From a virus, in IMG/VR virus record IMGVR_UViG_3300045988_107889, positions 32,001-96,000 of that record: 64,000 nt of DNA; one strand, 5' to 3'. Of the stretch, positions 1-9,893 are shown in pieces. The translations under genes and the position numbers were made by a program. The notes beneath the pieces were generated by a model. It was not told where the DNA came from. It saw only the letters and a list, made by a program, of their open reading frames with translations, and did not search any database. Within the stretch, counting starts at the first letter, position 1; every line of letters starts with the position of its first letter.

Positions 1-315
1 GATCAATGTTGAACTCTCGCTTTTGTTCGCCGTAGAGACCTTATCCCAAACGTCTTTTTCCCAATAGATATCAAACTTCGAGCATACCTTTTTAGCTGCG
101 TCCGCCTCAGATAGACCGCTATCCCTATACTTGATATATAGGGCGTCAACACACCTGTTACACCAGCACAGGTAGTTATTATTTCCTTTATACAGCGTGC
201 TCTGAACAGTCTTGAAATTGCGAGCTTGTGTAGGATAGACAGTGCCGCAACCAACACATTTGAACTGACCTTTGACTCTTGTGGGTTCCGTCGCCCCTAA
301 TTTCTGCCTAGCCAT
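1..315 (-). CDS. hypothetical zinc-ribbon protein, N-terminal part (continues past the left edge)
   Basis: Absent from the ORF track because it is open at the window edge. ATG at 315-313 overlaps the TAA of the upstream HU gene (TAATG). The frame stays open to base 1: MARQKLGATEPTRVKGQFKCVGCG...LCWCNRC, with two CxxC pairs. Confidence 0.5.
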   Translation of the reverse strand, partial: MARQKLGATEPTRVKGQFKCVGCGTVYPTQARNFKTVQSTLYKGNNNYLCWCNRCVDALYIKYRDSGLSEADAAKKVCSKFDIYWEKDVWDKVSTANKSESSTLI

Positions 316-638
316 TACAGGTCAATAGTCTGGAAACGACCGTGCGCAACTTCATCACGGAGCCGCTTGCCTGGGCTAAACTTTACACCCTTGCGGGGAG
401 GAATATTATAAGTCTGCTCGTTGATTGTTGCTTGTCGTTCAGGATATTCATGTACCTTAAAGGCACCAAAACCGTGCAGAGAGATGTCTTCGCCTTCGGC
501 CAGTGCCTTTTCGATAGCGAACTTTACAGCATCTACCATCAGTTCGCCATCCTTTACTCTATACTTAACGCCAGACAGATGCTCCGCCATTTCCAATACT
601 CGTCTTACAAATTGCTTATTGTTAATCATTTCATTCAA
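315..638 (-). CDS. HU/IHF-family DNA-binding protein
   Basis: 107 aa. 'LHGFGAFKVHEYPERQATIN...IPPRKGVKFSPGKRLRDEV' matches the HU/IHF beta-arm signature (GFG.F......R.grNP.T......i......v.F..g..lk). SD AAAGG lies upstream. Confidence 0.85.
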   Translation of the reverse strand: MNEMINNKQFVRRVLEMAEHLSGVKYRVKDGELMVDAVKFAIEKALAEGEDISLHGFGAFKVHEYPERQATINEQTYNIPPRKGVKFSPGKRLRDEVAHGRFQTIDL

Positions 639-655
639 CCTTTCATTCGTTCATG

Positions 656-1681
656 TTACAGGTCAGCTAGTCCAGTTGCCTTAACATCTGTTTTAATTCC
701 ATCTTCACCAAAATACTTTTCCAACTGTTCGTCATCAGGAGTGTCGTCATACAGCCGAACCATATCGGCGGAACTCCAGCCGATAACAGTCTGCACAACA
801 CTATCCGGCAGACCAAGCCGTGCTAACTTTGTGGTGAAGAAATGACGTAAGGCGTGCCAATAGAACGGCACGCCCAATATTTTGCTAAACCGAACAGCCC
901 AGCTGTTCAGCGTAGAAATATTCATTTGTTTCGTGGGGTCTGCTTTGTCATAAAACAGCCATTCGCTCTCCACGTTATTTTCTTTTCTCCAATTCATATA
1001 GAGGTCTAAGTAAGGGTCGAACTCTTTTGAGAGGGTGTAACAATAGAGATATTTACCGTTGCCAGCACCTTTTGTTTTTACCTTCTCCGGAGTCTTATAT
1101 AGCGACCCGTAAATAATGTTGTCGTTTGTGAACCAGTCTACCTTAAAACGCAACAGTTCCGACTTTCTTCTTCCGCTACACATAGCAAGTGACAGTGCGC
1201 ACGCTTGAGTAAACCTCTCTTCTTTAACCAGAATATCTAGCAGCGACTGCAACTGCTCATCAGAGAACACTGTTTTCTCTCTAACCGGCTGATTGATTGG
1301 GGACTCGATCTTCCTCACGATGGGACGATATCCTTCATACTCGTCGTCCAAAATATTCTCCACGTAATTGGATAGGGAAGAAAGGGCGGCCTTTAGACGT
1401 CTGACTCTTGCTGGGGAGTTTTCGTTCTCGTAGATAAGCCAGTTCTGATATGAGATCAGGTCACGCTTTGATAGGTCAACAAAGAATTTATTATTGTTGT
1501 TCTGCAGATTCCATACAAAGAAGATGTCGAGGTCGTGGGAGTACCCATCAATTGTTCCACTACTTCTTTGTACTGATTTTAGATAAGTAAGGAAATCGTT
1601 CTTCAATCTTTTATTTTCTGGATTAACCTGCTCTAAAAGCGTAGGGCTAGTGATGTTGTTATACTTTGTCTTACGTGGCAT
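656..1681 (-). CDS. tyrosine recombinase / phage integrase
   Basis: 341 aa. Catalytic-type boxes 'SGRRKSELLRFKV', 'HALRHFFTT' and 'GWSSADMVRLYDD' give the R...HxxR...Y pattern. SD GAGGTGG lies upstream. Confidence 0.85.
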   Translation of the reverse strand: MPRKTKYNNITSPTLLEQVNPENKRLKNDFLTYLKSVQRSSGTIDGYSHDLDIFFVWNLQNNNNKFFVDLSKRDLISYQNWLIYENENSPARVRRLKAALSSLSNYVENILDDEYEGYRPIVRKIESPINQPVREKTVFSDEQLQSLLDILVKEERFTQACALSLAMCSGRRKSELLRFKVDWFTNDNIIYGSLYKTPEKVKTKGAGNGKYLYCYTLSKEFDPYLDLYMNWRKENNVESEWLFYDKADPTKQMNISTLNSWAVRFSKILGVPFYWHALRHFFTTKLARLGLPDSVVQTVIGWSSADMVRLYDDTPDDEQLEKYFGEDGIKTDVKATGLADL

Positions 1682-1715
1682 ATACGCCCACCTCGCTTTC
1701 TAGCAGCATTCAATT

Positions 1716-2915
1716 TTAGTCTAGTCTTATATTGTATGACGCGTCTCGTCCGCACTCAGGATTGAAGAACAGCAGCGTCTGACCAGGAATGCTATACAGC
1801 CTTTTTGTATTAGCAAAGCTATCTGTGCCGCACAGCGCTCGAACAGAAATTGTTTCAATTGCAAGCTCTTCAAACTCTTCTAAGTGATGACGATGCGCTA
1901 AGATAATATAGTCAATCTTTTGGTCAAATCGTTGCGAGAAAAGTGCGTAAAGACTCTTCCCCGCTGTGTTGACTTTCTTCTCTAGGTCGCCGTGTGTCGC
2001 ACAAATGTAATAACCACAGACGTTCATTGTAGCGAACTCCGGATACTCAGAGTTAATAATATGAACGTGATTAAATCCAGCCAGCCTTAGCTCAAGCCAC
2101 CAGGGAATTAGCCGCTCTATATTATCTGTGTGGATACTATCTTTCTTATTCTGTACTGTACGTGAGTGATTACCGTAGGTGCAATACAAATTCAGTTCCG
2201 GCACATACTGTGATAATTCAGCAACCGTTTCAGCAATAAGCTCTGACACCTGCATAATCTGATCGCACACCAGTTGTTCCGACTCAATCCTAGAGGTTGT
2301 ATGAATGGCACCGCTAATCATGTCACCTAGCACAAGTATGTGCAGCTTGCTAGGCTTGTGTAACTTCATCCGCTCGACCGCGCCGTCAATCAGTTTTCTG
2401 ACGCGGTTAACACAGATATCGGTGCTATACTCGTTCCAAACATTATAGGTCTTCATCCCGTAATGCCAGTCCGCCAACACCAATACAGCCTCATTATTCC
2501 CACGAATCGTATGTAACTCTTCTTGGTAAAGATTATGCAGCTTAGGGGTTAAAGTGAGCGCAGCCTCGAACAACCTGTCACCTAACGCCTCCAGCCTGCC
2601 TGCATGAGACAGCTTCGCATCCAGGACTCTCTGCTGATCAAGTAGCGCTTTGCGCTCGTGTTCGATCCTTTTTGTCTGATTGTATAGCGGGTCTTTTGCA
2701 TTGACCTTATGGATGAGCAGCCCCTCATTGTCGATTACTTCAAATAACCGTTTCATGCCGTACATTCGTCGGCGAACCTCGGACGAACTGTAGGCGTTGC
2801 CCTCACCAAAAATCTCTTCGCTGATATCTTCAAAGCTGTCGGGGAGAGTACGGGTGACAAGTTTGCTATCGACAAGATATCGCAAGCGGTCGTAAGAGAT
2901 CACTGACGACGACAC
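1716..2915 (-). CDS. calcineurin-like metallophosphoesterase (SbcD/Mre11-like fold)
   Basis: 399 aa. Ordered motifs 'LADWHYG' (DxH), 'VLGDMISG' (GD), 'YGNHSR' (GNH), 'ATHGD' and 'ILAHRHH'. Confidence 0.8.
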   Translation of the reverse strand: MSSSVISYDRLRYLVDSKLVTRTLPDSFEDISEEIFGEGNAYSSSEVRRRMYGMKRLFEVIDNEGLLIHKVNAKDPLYNQTKRIEHERKALLDQQRVLDAKLSHAGRLEALGDRLFEAALTLTPKLHNLYQEELHTIRGNNEAVLVLADWHYGMKTYNVWNEYSTDICVNRVRKLIDGAVERMKLHKPSKLHILVLGDMISGAIHTTSRIESEQLVCDQIMQVSELIAETVAELSQYVPELNLYCTYGNHSRTVQNKKDSIHTDNIERLIPWWLELRLAGFNHVHIINSEYPEFATMNVCGYYICATHGDLEKKVNTAGKSLYALFSQRFDQKIDYIILAHRHHLEEFEELAIETISVRALCGTDSFANTKRLYSIPGQTLLFFNPECGRDASYNIRLD

Positions 2916-3136
2916 CCCGTTTCACCATAGGTAGCGACCACACCTTCTGTTCGCAGTCGATTTAGGAATCTCATAACTGTACGACTTTCTTCTAGATAGA
3001 ACTTATGTCGCGTCTTTCTGATGTTTGCGCGCCGTACTTTCTTACGGATTGCTGCAGCTTCTGCTCTTGAAATTTGAATCAATTTCTTTGCTCCTTTTAT
3101 TCTATTTGAGATTAAATAAAGAACCATATTGTTCAT
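2900..3136 (-). CDS. hypothetical small basic protein
   Basis: 78 aa and K/R-rich. It overlaps the downstream gene by 16 nt in the same operon orientation. Confidence 0.45.
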   Translation of the reverse strand: MNNMVLYLISNRIKGAKKLIQISRAEAAAIRKKVRRANIRKTRHKFYLEESRTVMRFLNRLRTEGVVATYGETGCRRQ

Positions 3137-3210
3137 TTAAAATGTTCCATGAACCTGTTCATTATTTTAATCTCATATAATAGTAGAATTTTTTGGAAGA
3201 TAAATTTTTG

Positions 3211-3238
3211 CAAAAAAATAGCGGCCTTCTGGCCGCTA
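3211..3238 (-). terminator. rho-independent terminator after the lipoprotein gene (bidirectional shape)
   Basis: GCGGCC-ttct-GGCCGC hairpin (3221-3236), flanked by an A-run on the + strand (a T-run on the - strand) and by TTTTT on the + strand. Confidence 0.7.
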
Positions 3239-3244
3239 AAATTT

Positions 3245-4003
3245 TTATTCCTGCTTCTCCAATACGGAGCCAGTGTTAAGCGTAATTGTGTTACCATCAA
3301 TTTTCCCGCTCAAGACGTTGCTTTCAGATTGAGAAATAATATTAAAATTGTTATCAGAAACTCCCCACCTTATACTGGTCGGGCCAGTGGAACTACCATT
3401 AACAGTAACATCAATATTGCCAACGCCAAAGCTCTTTACATCTAGCTCAATTTCAATATTACTATTATCTTCGACGCTACGATATTTACCAGTATAATCT
3501 GGTGTTTCCTTGCCACTATAGTTGATCACAAAAGAACTGTAGCCGTGATCGACTACTTTTCCATCACTCAACTCTGGCAAAAATCCAGCACCATTTGCAT
3601 AACACTTCATCACCTGATTCCTATCATCAGGGGTAGCGTTTGGTAGGGCGGCTTCGAGAAAGGAAAAAAGCTCCGAATTGAATGCGTTATCCGTACTTTG
3701 ACCAGTCGTTTTAAAATTGCAAATAAACGCGACTTCTTGTACAGAATCATTTTCGCCAACAGAATCTCTTCCTGTGGAGATTTTAATTTTAGACCCATCA
3801 ATCAGCGAAAATGAACCGCTACTATTAGTCTTGTTTAGACGCGTCATCGACCCATAATCGATAGAGAAAGTCTCGCTCCAGGCTTCGAGACTTTTATTAT
3901 ATGTGTCACAGAACTCTCCAACCGTAAAAGAACCTCCTCCGCCGCAACCAGCCAGCGATACGGCCATGCATATCGCAAGTAAAGCACCTAGTATTTTTCT
4001 CAT
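3245..4003 (-). CDS. secreted lipoprotein
   Basis: 'MRKILGALLAICMAVSLAGCGGGGS' is a signal peptide with the lipobox LAGC. Start taken at the ATG at 4003 (the ORF track starts at 4021). A GGGGGA SD lies upstream. Confidence 0.8.
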   Translation of the reverse strand: MRKILGALLAICMAVSLAGCGGGGSFTVGEFCDTYNKSLEAWSETFSIDYGSMTRLNKTNSSGSFSLIDGSKIKISTGRDSVGENDSVQEVAFICNFKTTGQSTDNAFNSELFSFLEAALPNATPDDRNQVMKCYANGAGFLPELSDGKVVDHGYSSFVINYSGKETPDYTGKYRSVEDNSNIEIELDVKSFGVGNIDVTVNGSSTGPTSIRWGVSDNNFNIISQSESNVLSGKIDGNTITLNTGSVLEKQE

Positions 4004-4079
4004 ACACTTTTCCCCCATCAATTTAACGTTAGAACTATTTTACCACATATTACATTGTTCGTCAATATATGCACCACCA

Positions 4080-4358
4080 CTACACCGATCTAGTCGCCGC
4101 CAGGCGTTCAGCTGCCGCAGCCTTTTGCGCATCAGACATTCTGCGCTTTGGGGATACTCTTACCCAGTCACGGGGAACCGTGTATGTCACGGCTCCCGTT
4201 TCTGATTCTCTGATCTTCTGTATTTCGTCTGGCCTGTCTTTGCAGAACTTAGATAGGCGATTGATTAACCGCTTGTTATGTGTATATACTTCGGCGCGGT
4301 CATCTACTTCCGTATAAAGGATGATTGTTTCTCTTTCTTCTTTTGATAAGTTAACCAT
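4080..4358 (-). CDS. hypothetical protein
   Basis: 92 aa. SD AGAGGGAG lies 8 nt upstream, and the gene overlaps its upstream neighbour by 8 nt. Confidence 0.6.
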   Translation of the reverse strand: MVNLSKEERETIILYTEVDDRAEVYTHNKRLINRLSKFCKDRPDEIQKIRESETGAVTYTVPRDWVRVSPKRRMSDAQKAAAAERLAATRSV

Positions 4359-5037
4359 AATTTTCTCCCTCTATATAAAACCGATTTCGCTGTGTCTTTT
4401 CAAATATTTCATTATGTAACTTTTTAAAGTCATTGCGTACAAGCTGAAACTTTCCAGCGTTATAAAGCGGAACCTCTATACGCAATCTAGTCTGAGCATA
4501 TTTACTAGTGGTTGTTTTCTTAGCTCGATGCCACACTGTAGTTGCGCTAGAGTCCAGCTTCGTGATGTACCCAAGCTTAATAAGCTCCGGTAAGTAGCTG
4601 TGGCTAATATGCTGTCTAGTGACACCGCACCACTCAGATAAAGCGGATAGGGAAATGTCAAATTCTCTATTCTTATTTGCGTACACCTTCGCATAGCATA
4701 GCAGAGCTAGAGCAAGTTTGCGTGTATTCTTTCCGTCAAACAAATTGACGATTCTGTTGATGTCTGTTTCGCTTATGTATAAAGTCACATTATCTTTCAA
4801 TCTATCATCACAATTACGCGCCGATTCAATAATGTCATTTACATTGTACTTCAAATAATTATCGGTACGCTTTGCCCACTCAAAAATCCTGTCTCTTGTT
4901 TCTCGGAAGGTACACCCTTCCTGGGTGTACCAACGAGCAATCATATAGGCGGCGCGGTAACGACCGCGTTCTGTTATCTTCTTTCCGTCAAGGTACTCTT
5001 TTACTTCATATACTTCATCTATCAAATGAGGGAACAT
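4351..5037 (-). CDS. hypothetical protein with a C-terminal HTH-like segment
   Basis: 228 aa. 'LSALSEWCGVTRQHISHSYLPELIKLGYI' looks like a winged-helix/HTH. Confidence 0.6.
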   Translation of the reverse strand: MFPHLIDEVYEVKEYLDGKKITERGRYRAAYMIARWYTQEGCTFRETRDRIFEWAKRTDNYLKYNVNDIIESARNCDDRLKDNVTLYISETDINRIVNLFDGKNTRKLALALLCYAKVYANKNREFDISLSALSEWCGVTRQHISHSYLPELIKLGYITKLDSSATTVWHRAKKTTTSKYAQTRLRIEVPLYNAGKFQLVRNDFKKLHNEIFEKTQRNRFYIEGENYG

Positions 5038-5657
5038 CCTCCTTCTTTATCTTAATCATCGTATATCTCTTTCCTAGGTATTCGAGTTCTCCTGTATCAT
5101 CCTGCTTTGGCAGTTTGATGTCTGCCTGCTCGATATTGCTAACAATGCCAGCGCCGCCAACAACCCACTTAAACCGCTGATTCCACGTCCTGTGGTCATG
5201 GCATAACATGACGGCGGCGTTAGCAACCAGCGAGGCGTTGCCGTTACAAATAGAGTAGCAGCGATTCCTATACCGCTCGTACAGTAGGGCGTATGCTTTC
5301 TTGCGTTCCGCTTCCGCGTCCTCTCCATCGAGCTGTTTCAACTTGTGCGACAGCTCTTTTACCTCTGTGCAGAACGAGCGATAGACTTGCTCCATTTCCT
5401 TGTAGAGTTCGTCCGAAACAGGGATTTCATCGTTAATCATGATGTTATAGTCGAACTCTTGGTCAGCTCTTTTGTACCTGACGCCCTTCTTCCAATGCTC
5501 GATCTCCCAACACAGCTTATTCATATTGGACAGTGAACGAGACAGCTTCAGTCTTTCATAATACGGAGAGGCGTACTTCATAAAATAAGGGAGGGGGCGT
5601 CCATATTTTGAAATAGTGCGGGGCATAGGGTACAGGATTCCGGTCTTTGCGTAATCT
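5015..5657 (-). CDS. YonO-like RdRP-fold RNA polymerase, exon 3
   Basis: The frame is open upstream of the annotated Met: '..DYAKTGILYPMPRTISKYGRPLPYFMKY'. This matches the RdRP 'D.pKTG ... P.FM' block. The exon begins just after the intron terminal G at 5658. Confidence 0.7.
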
Positions 5658-6768
5658 CTTTTACACCCTCCGTTTCCGGATATTTGTTAGGGAATAGACT
5701 ATATCATTACCCGTAAGACACGGGCAGTCAGCGCTTCCATTTAAGGGGATCTCACCCACTGAGAGTTTCACTCAGCCGTACTCCTATTGCGGAATCTCAC
5801 CGCCAACGGGATAGTCGTTGCACCTTCCTTATTAAAGGCTTGGCACAGAATTATCATATAGCACATTGTTTTTAACTTATATTATTTGATGTACACCATT
5901 CATCCCATCCGTCAACATGTACGTGCTTCCACGTTCTGTTATTCTTTATACTGAGCACGATGCCGTAACTGATGTTATTCTTTTTTGAAACCGCAGTAAT
6001 ATTTTCTCCATTCATAAGCGATTCCTTTATCCCTTTAGCGACGTCTTCAGATATTTTAGCGGATTTGTTTTTGCTTCCTTGAAGCGCCTTTGAGATCTTT
6101 TCTCTCGTATAATCACTGACGACTCTTCCCGTCATAAGCTCTCGCAATTTATTTTTGTGTTCATCTGAGCACGGTAAATGTTTGCTTGACTCTGACATTT
6201 TTCGCTTCGTCTCTTCAGAAGCTTTTCGCCCAAGCATATGCTCCCGATTTTTCTCTCCGACGATACGCTTTGCGTGGTCGTTCATAGGCACCCCACGTTT
6301 CCCGCCTCCGCCATCCGAAATATTGTAGCAGCTCCCTTTATCTTTTAGTTCTTTTATGTAGTATATTTCAGCGGCATCGACGTCATCACTATCGCTACAA
6401 ATTTGCACAACTGAAAACGTGAAGGAGTCTGATCCGTATTTATTCCAGGCGTTTTGTAAATGCCTGTTATCGTGTGAATGATCATTTAATTTCCAACAAT
6501 GATTCCAAAATCTTCTTTGAAAATTTTGCTTGGTCTGCCCAATATATTGCTTGCCGTTAACTGTATTGGTAATAGAATATATTCCAAAAAGATCTTTATA
6601 TTTTTCTTCTTCTATAAATTTCAATAATACTCCTCTTGGTAACTCATCAGAATTTATTTTATGTGCTACTTAGATTTTCTCTGTTAGCCGGTTCTTGACC
6701 GACACCCTACATGTGTAGGTTCACTGACTTTGCACTACGCTGTTACCAGCGCAGGCCACCGATTGTTG
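5658..6768 (-). mobile_element. group I intron carrying a GIY-YIG homing endonuclease gene
   Basis: Separates in-frame RNAP exons. Core elements on the - strand are GCAACGACTAT (R-like, + coordinates 5811-5821) and GATATAGTC (S-like, 5697-5705). The 5' exon ends in U and the intron ends in G. Boundaries are good to a few nt. Confidence 0.75.
5872..6624 (-). CDS. GIY-YIG homing endonuclease (I-TevI-like, with NUMOD3-type repeats)
   Basis: 'GIYSITNTVNGKQYIGQT...RRFWNH...LQNAWNKYG' plus repeated 'GR..S.ET+.K+S' linkers. TTG start with SD AGAGGAG. Confidence 0.9.
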   Translation of the reverse strand: MKFIEEEKYKDLFGIYSITNTVNGKQYIGQTKQNFQRRFWNHCWKLNDHSHDNRHLQNAWNKYGSDSFTFSVVQICSDSDDVDAAEIYYIKELKDKGSCYNISDGGGGKRGVPMNDHAKRIVGEKNREHMLGRKASEETKRKMSESSKHLPCSDEHKNKLRELMTGRVVSDYTREKISKALQGSKNKSAKISEDVAKGIKESLMNGENITAVSKKNNISYGIVLSIKNNRTWKHVHVDGWDEWCTSNNIS

Positions 6769-7052
6769 ATGGATTTACCTGTTAAGACACTTATAATGTC
6801 AATATACTTCTCATACTTATCTCTTTGTTCTTCTGTTTTACCACATCTGTTTCTGTATGCTGTTGCGTAATTACTGTACTCACCAATCAAATTCTTCATT
6901 GTCCGTAGGATTACTTTCAACCTGTTCTCTGGCGTAAATTCCTCCGGCTCTGTTGTAATCTTATCATCTACGTCTATAACAGGTATGGCGTTTTTTTCTA
7001 CGCCGTTTAGTAACCTGTCATCATCAAATACTAAAACTAAATCTCCGTCAAA
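6769..7052 (-). CDS. YonO-like RdRP-fold RNA polymerase, exon 2
   Basis: Begins 'FDGDLVLVFDDD'. Joined to the exon 1 end '...RLNGAD' it gives ADFDGD, the DxDGD catalytic loop. It extends the ORF-track ORF 6735-6920 upstream with no stop codon. Confidence 0.75.
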
Positions 7053-7332
7053 CTTCTACTCTCGTAGAAAGACTATATCATCTACCGCATAGCGGCAGCG
7101 GTGCGCTTGGAAGCCCGTATCAATAGGACTCCTACTGGGCTACACTCATCACCCATAGTCGTTGCACATTCCTTAAAGGCTTGCACAGGATTACCTTCCC
7201 GGCTTCCCCTGTTAGCTGAACAACTAGCAGTCATTTCCTACTGCTCCTGACGTTTGCTCAACACCCGCTGATAAACGGTTCACACCGAGCTTACACCTAC
7301 GTTACCGCAGGGAAGGACTTTGTTTAGGAGTA
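7053..7332 (-). mobile_element. ORF-less group I intron (about 280 nt)
   Basis: Paralogous to intron 5658-6768, with the same R-like (7155-7165) and S-like (7071-7079) cores. It splits the DxDGD motif. The 5' exon ends in U (7333) and the intron ends in G (7053). Confidence 0.75.
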
Positions 7333-8739
7333 ATCTGCTCCATTCAATCTTTGTGGGATTATTGATTTAGAATTGATGATGCACGTATTAACCAAATGAC
7401 TGAGGTACTTGCTTGTTAATTCATTATTGATAGCGTACAACACGACATTCTCACTATCACAAATGTGAGGGTTACGTGTAATCAACTTGCCGCCGTGCAT
7501 TGGCCCTTCTTTTGTTATACAGTAAAATTCATTGTCGCCGAGACAACCGTTAGGATCTAAACCAGCCGCCGCTTCCATGAATGCAATTAAGTCTGGTATC
7601 AGAAACTTGAAGCAGCTCTTGATCCATATCTTGCCGCAGCACATCTCGTCTATGTATTTAGTCAGCAGACTGATTAAGTAACTCCGCACTTCATATTGTT
7701 TAAGCATAGCGGGATTCTTTATTACGGACTTTGCATAGTCGTTTAAGGGACTGCACTTATCTGCCGTCAGCCCTAAGAAGCACATAGAGTAGAAGGGATC
7801 GCCGTCAATAATCTTTTGTGCCCACTCAATAGAGTCCGTAGCAAGCTCAACAAATTCTTGGTAGGGGAGGTTGAGCGTCTGAAGAACCTGGTAGTTGCAT
7901 CTCGTATAAACTGGCTCGATATCTTTATTGAAGTTCCATTTAGCAACGCCTAAGCAATAACCATACTTTTCGAATTGCTCCCAATAATATTCCCAGTCTG
8001 TTGCATCTTTGTTCGTCTGAAAATATTTGAAGCCCTTATACATACTCTTGCTCAAGATAATCATCGGCTCGGCGTCCGGGGTAACGTCATGCGACACGCC
8101 CCATATATCCTTGATAGATGTTACACCCCGCTCGGCGTAGAAGGTGGGGTAATCAACCTCGCAGGTAAGACCTTTGATATACGGCGCTCGCCAAAGTATC
8201 GTCGTCGGGCTATCAGCAGACGACAGCCGGAACTGAACCTCGTCCGTAATAGCCGGGTGGTGTATGCCACAACCGTCAAATGGAGTTACGTTGATATCTC
8301 TATATCCGTCCGCCACGCTCTTTTGCGTCCAGAGGATCTCTTTGCCATCAGCGTTGGTGAAAGATGTCTTTTCATCGTATATGTATTTGATATGCTGTTG
8401 CGGCAACACGCACTCGTAGTCCGGCACAACAATCACTTTAGGGCGGAAGCCATTCAAGCAATGGCAAGAAGAAAGGCATAGACCCCTATAAGCCATCAGC
8501 TTACTTATGACGGTCGGGCCGGGGCCAGCCCCCATAGTGATTGCCTCGTACACCGGATCTGATATAGCCGCGTCGATAAAGCTCAAGATAGAGTTGCGGG
8601 TCATGCTCGCCGATCGTTCGCACAGTACAAAGTGAGTGCCGTTTAACCAGAACCCATTCATAATTAGCTCCGTCATGACGTCTGTATCAGAGGAGCTACC
8701 CTTACAATCGACAAAACAAATACGCCGCGCACAGGTCAC
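7333..8739 (-). CDS. YonO-like RdRP-fold RNA polymerase, exon 1
   Basis: 'GGKLITRNPHICDSENVVLYA....IIPQRLNGAD' parallels the cellular RdRP block 'V.KNP.LHPGD.RVL.AV.......sGsDLDGD'. The GTG start at 8739 is uncertain, because the frame is open up to 8892. Confidence 0.8.
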
Positions 8740-8922
8740 ATCTTCGCCTGTGATACGCCGTATCTGATAGAATAGTAAATTGTCTGCCTGCTTTATTTCG
8801 TAGGGACGCAGATCTACCCGTAAAGAAAAATTGTTCTCTTTTAATAGCTTGAAAGCTATCTTGTATGTCGTGTATAGCTTAGGTGCGAACAGTTAAAAGC
8901 ACCTCTCTTATCATGAAAGTGA

Positions 8923-9108
8923 TCATCTCCTTATTAAATGAAGTTCATTGTCGTAAACACTCTCGACACCAAATCGCTCTTTCAGGTTGCACAGCTTTCT
9001 TTTATACACCGTGTCAAAGTCTTCGTCGGCGTCTTTTCTAAAGTCATATAGGATGGCTAGTAAATCCCTAACCGCCCTCTTAGCTACGTCCGGGTCCCGC
9101 ATCCGCAC
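8923..9108 (-). CDS. hypothetical protein
   Basis: 61 aa ORF co-oriented with its neighbours. Start is ambiguous (GTG 9108 or ATG 9102). Confidence 0.4.
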   Translation of the reverse strand: MRMRDPDVAKRAVRDLLAILYDFRKDADEDFDTVYKRKLCNLKERFGVESVYDNELHLIRR

Positions 9109-9253
9109 CAGCGGAGTTTGTAATCATAAAAGAATTCTTCGCAATCTTCTACATCGCGACACCTTTTGGAGTATGTCTTCAGGACGTAAGAAGCTACATC
9201 CTGAAAAAAACCACCTCGTCTTCCCTTAAAACATATTTTAGATTCATGAATCA

Positions 9254-9631
9254 CTACTCACTTTCTTTGTGCCATTTGAATGTTACTGCCCCGCCAGTAT
9301 AAAATTTACTGTGGAAGATTAAGTTCGCCACACCATAGTAATTGATAATGGTTAACACTTGTTCCTCACGGCGTGGTTGCAAACTACGAATCACAACTCC
9401 AGTCTGTCTGTTTTCCGGATTGACATATTTAGTAATTGCGTCTTTCGCATCCTCATACCTTAATATCGCGGCCACGTCCTCGCCAATTATCCGGTGGTCG
9501 CCTGCGTCACAACTTGCGACACAACTATAATCGTTATTTGCGATGACTCGCGCATTACCAGTAAGAACTTCGTGAGCAGAAAAGAAAATACTTAACTTAT
9601 TCTCCCATATCTCATCTTTCCATATCGTCAA
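9254..9631 (-). CDS. BRO-N/antirepressor-like domain protein
   Basis: 125 aa, TTG start with SD GGGAGG. 'IIGEDVAAILRYEDAKDAITKYV' and 'TIINYYGVANLIFHSK...FKWH' resemble the Bro-N pattern. Confidence 0.55.
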   Translation of the reverse strand: MTIWKDEIWENKLSIFFSAHEVLTGNARVIANNDYSCVASCDAGDHRIIGEDVAAILRYEDAKDAITKYVNPENRQTGVVIRSLQPRREEQVLTIINYYGVANLIFHSKFYTGGAVTFKWHKESE

Positions 9632-9670
9632 TATCTAACCTCCCGATAAACTATTAACTCTTGTCTTCTT

Positions 9671-9863
9671 TCAAAAAAAGAGTCGCGCCACTACCTTCAG
9701 GTCTGCAACGTCCAAGTCTTCAAACCCCGTAGACTGACAAATGCCATACCCTTCGCGGTCGTCTCTCACTGGACAGTCATCACAATCTCCATGTGCCCCG
9801 CACCAACAATTGACCAACCACTCCAGGCAATCCCGCTCAAGCCTTCTTTCTAACTCAGTCCAT
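9671..9863 (-). pseudogene. Cys-rich small ORF with an apparent 1-nt frameshift at codon 2
   Basis: SD AAGGAGG sits 8 nt before the ATG at 9863, but ATG-GAC-TGA stops at once. The +1 frame reads 63 codons: 'TELERRLERDCLEWLVNCWCGAHGDCDDCPVRDD...'. Confidence 0.35.
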
Positions 9864-9893
9864 TTTAGTATACCTCCTTTTTTATCCTATCGC

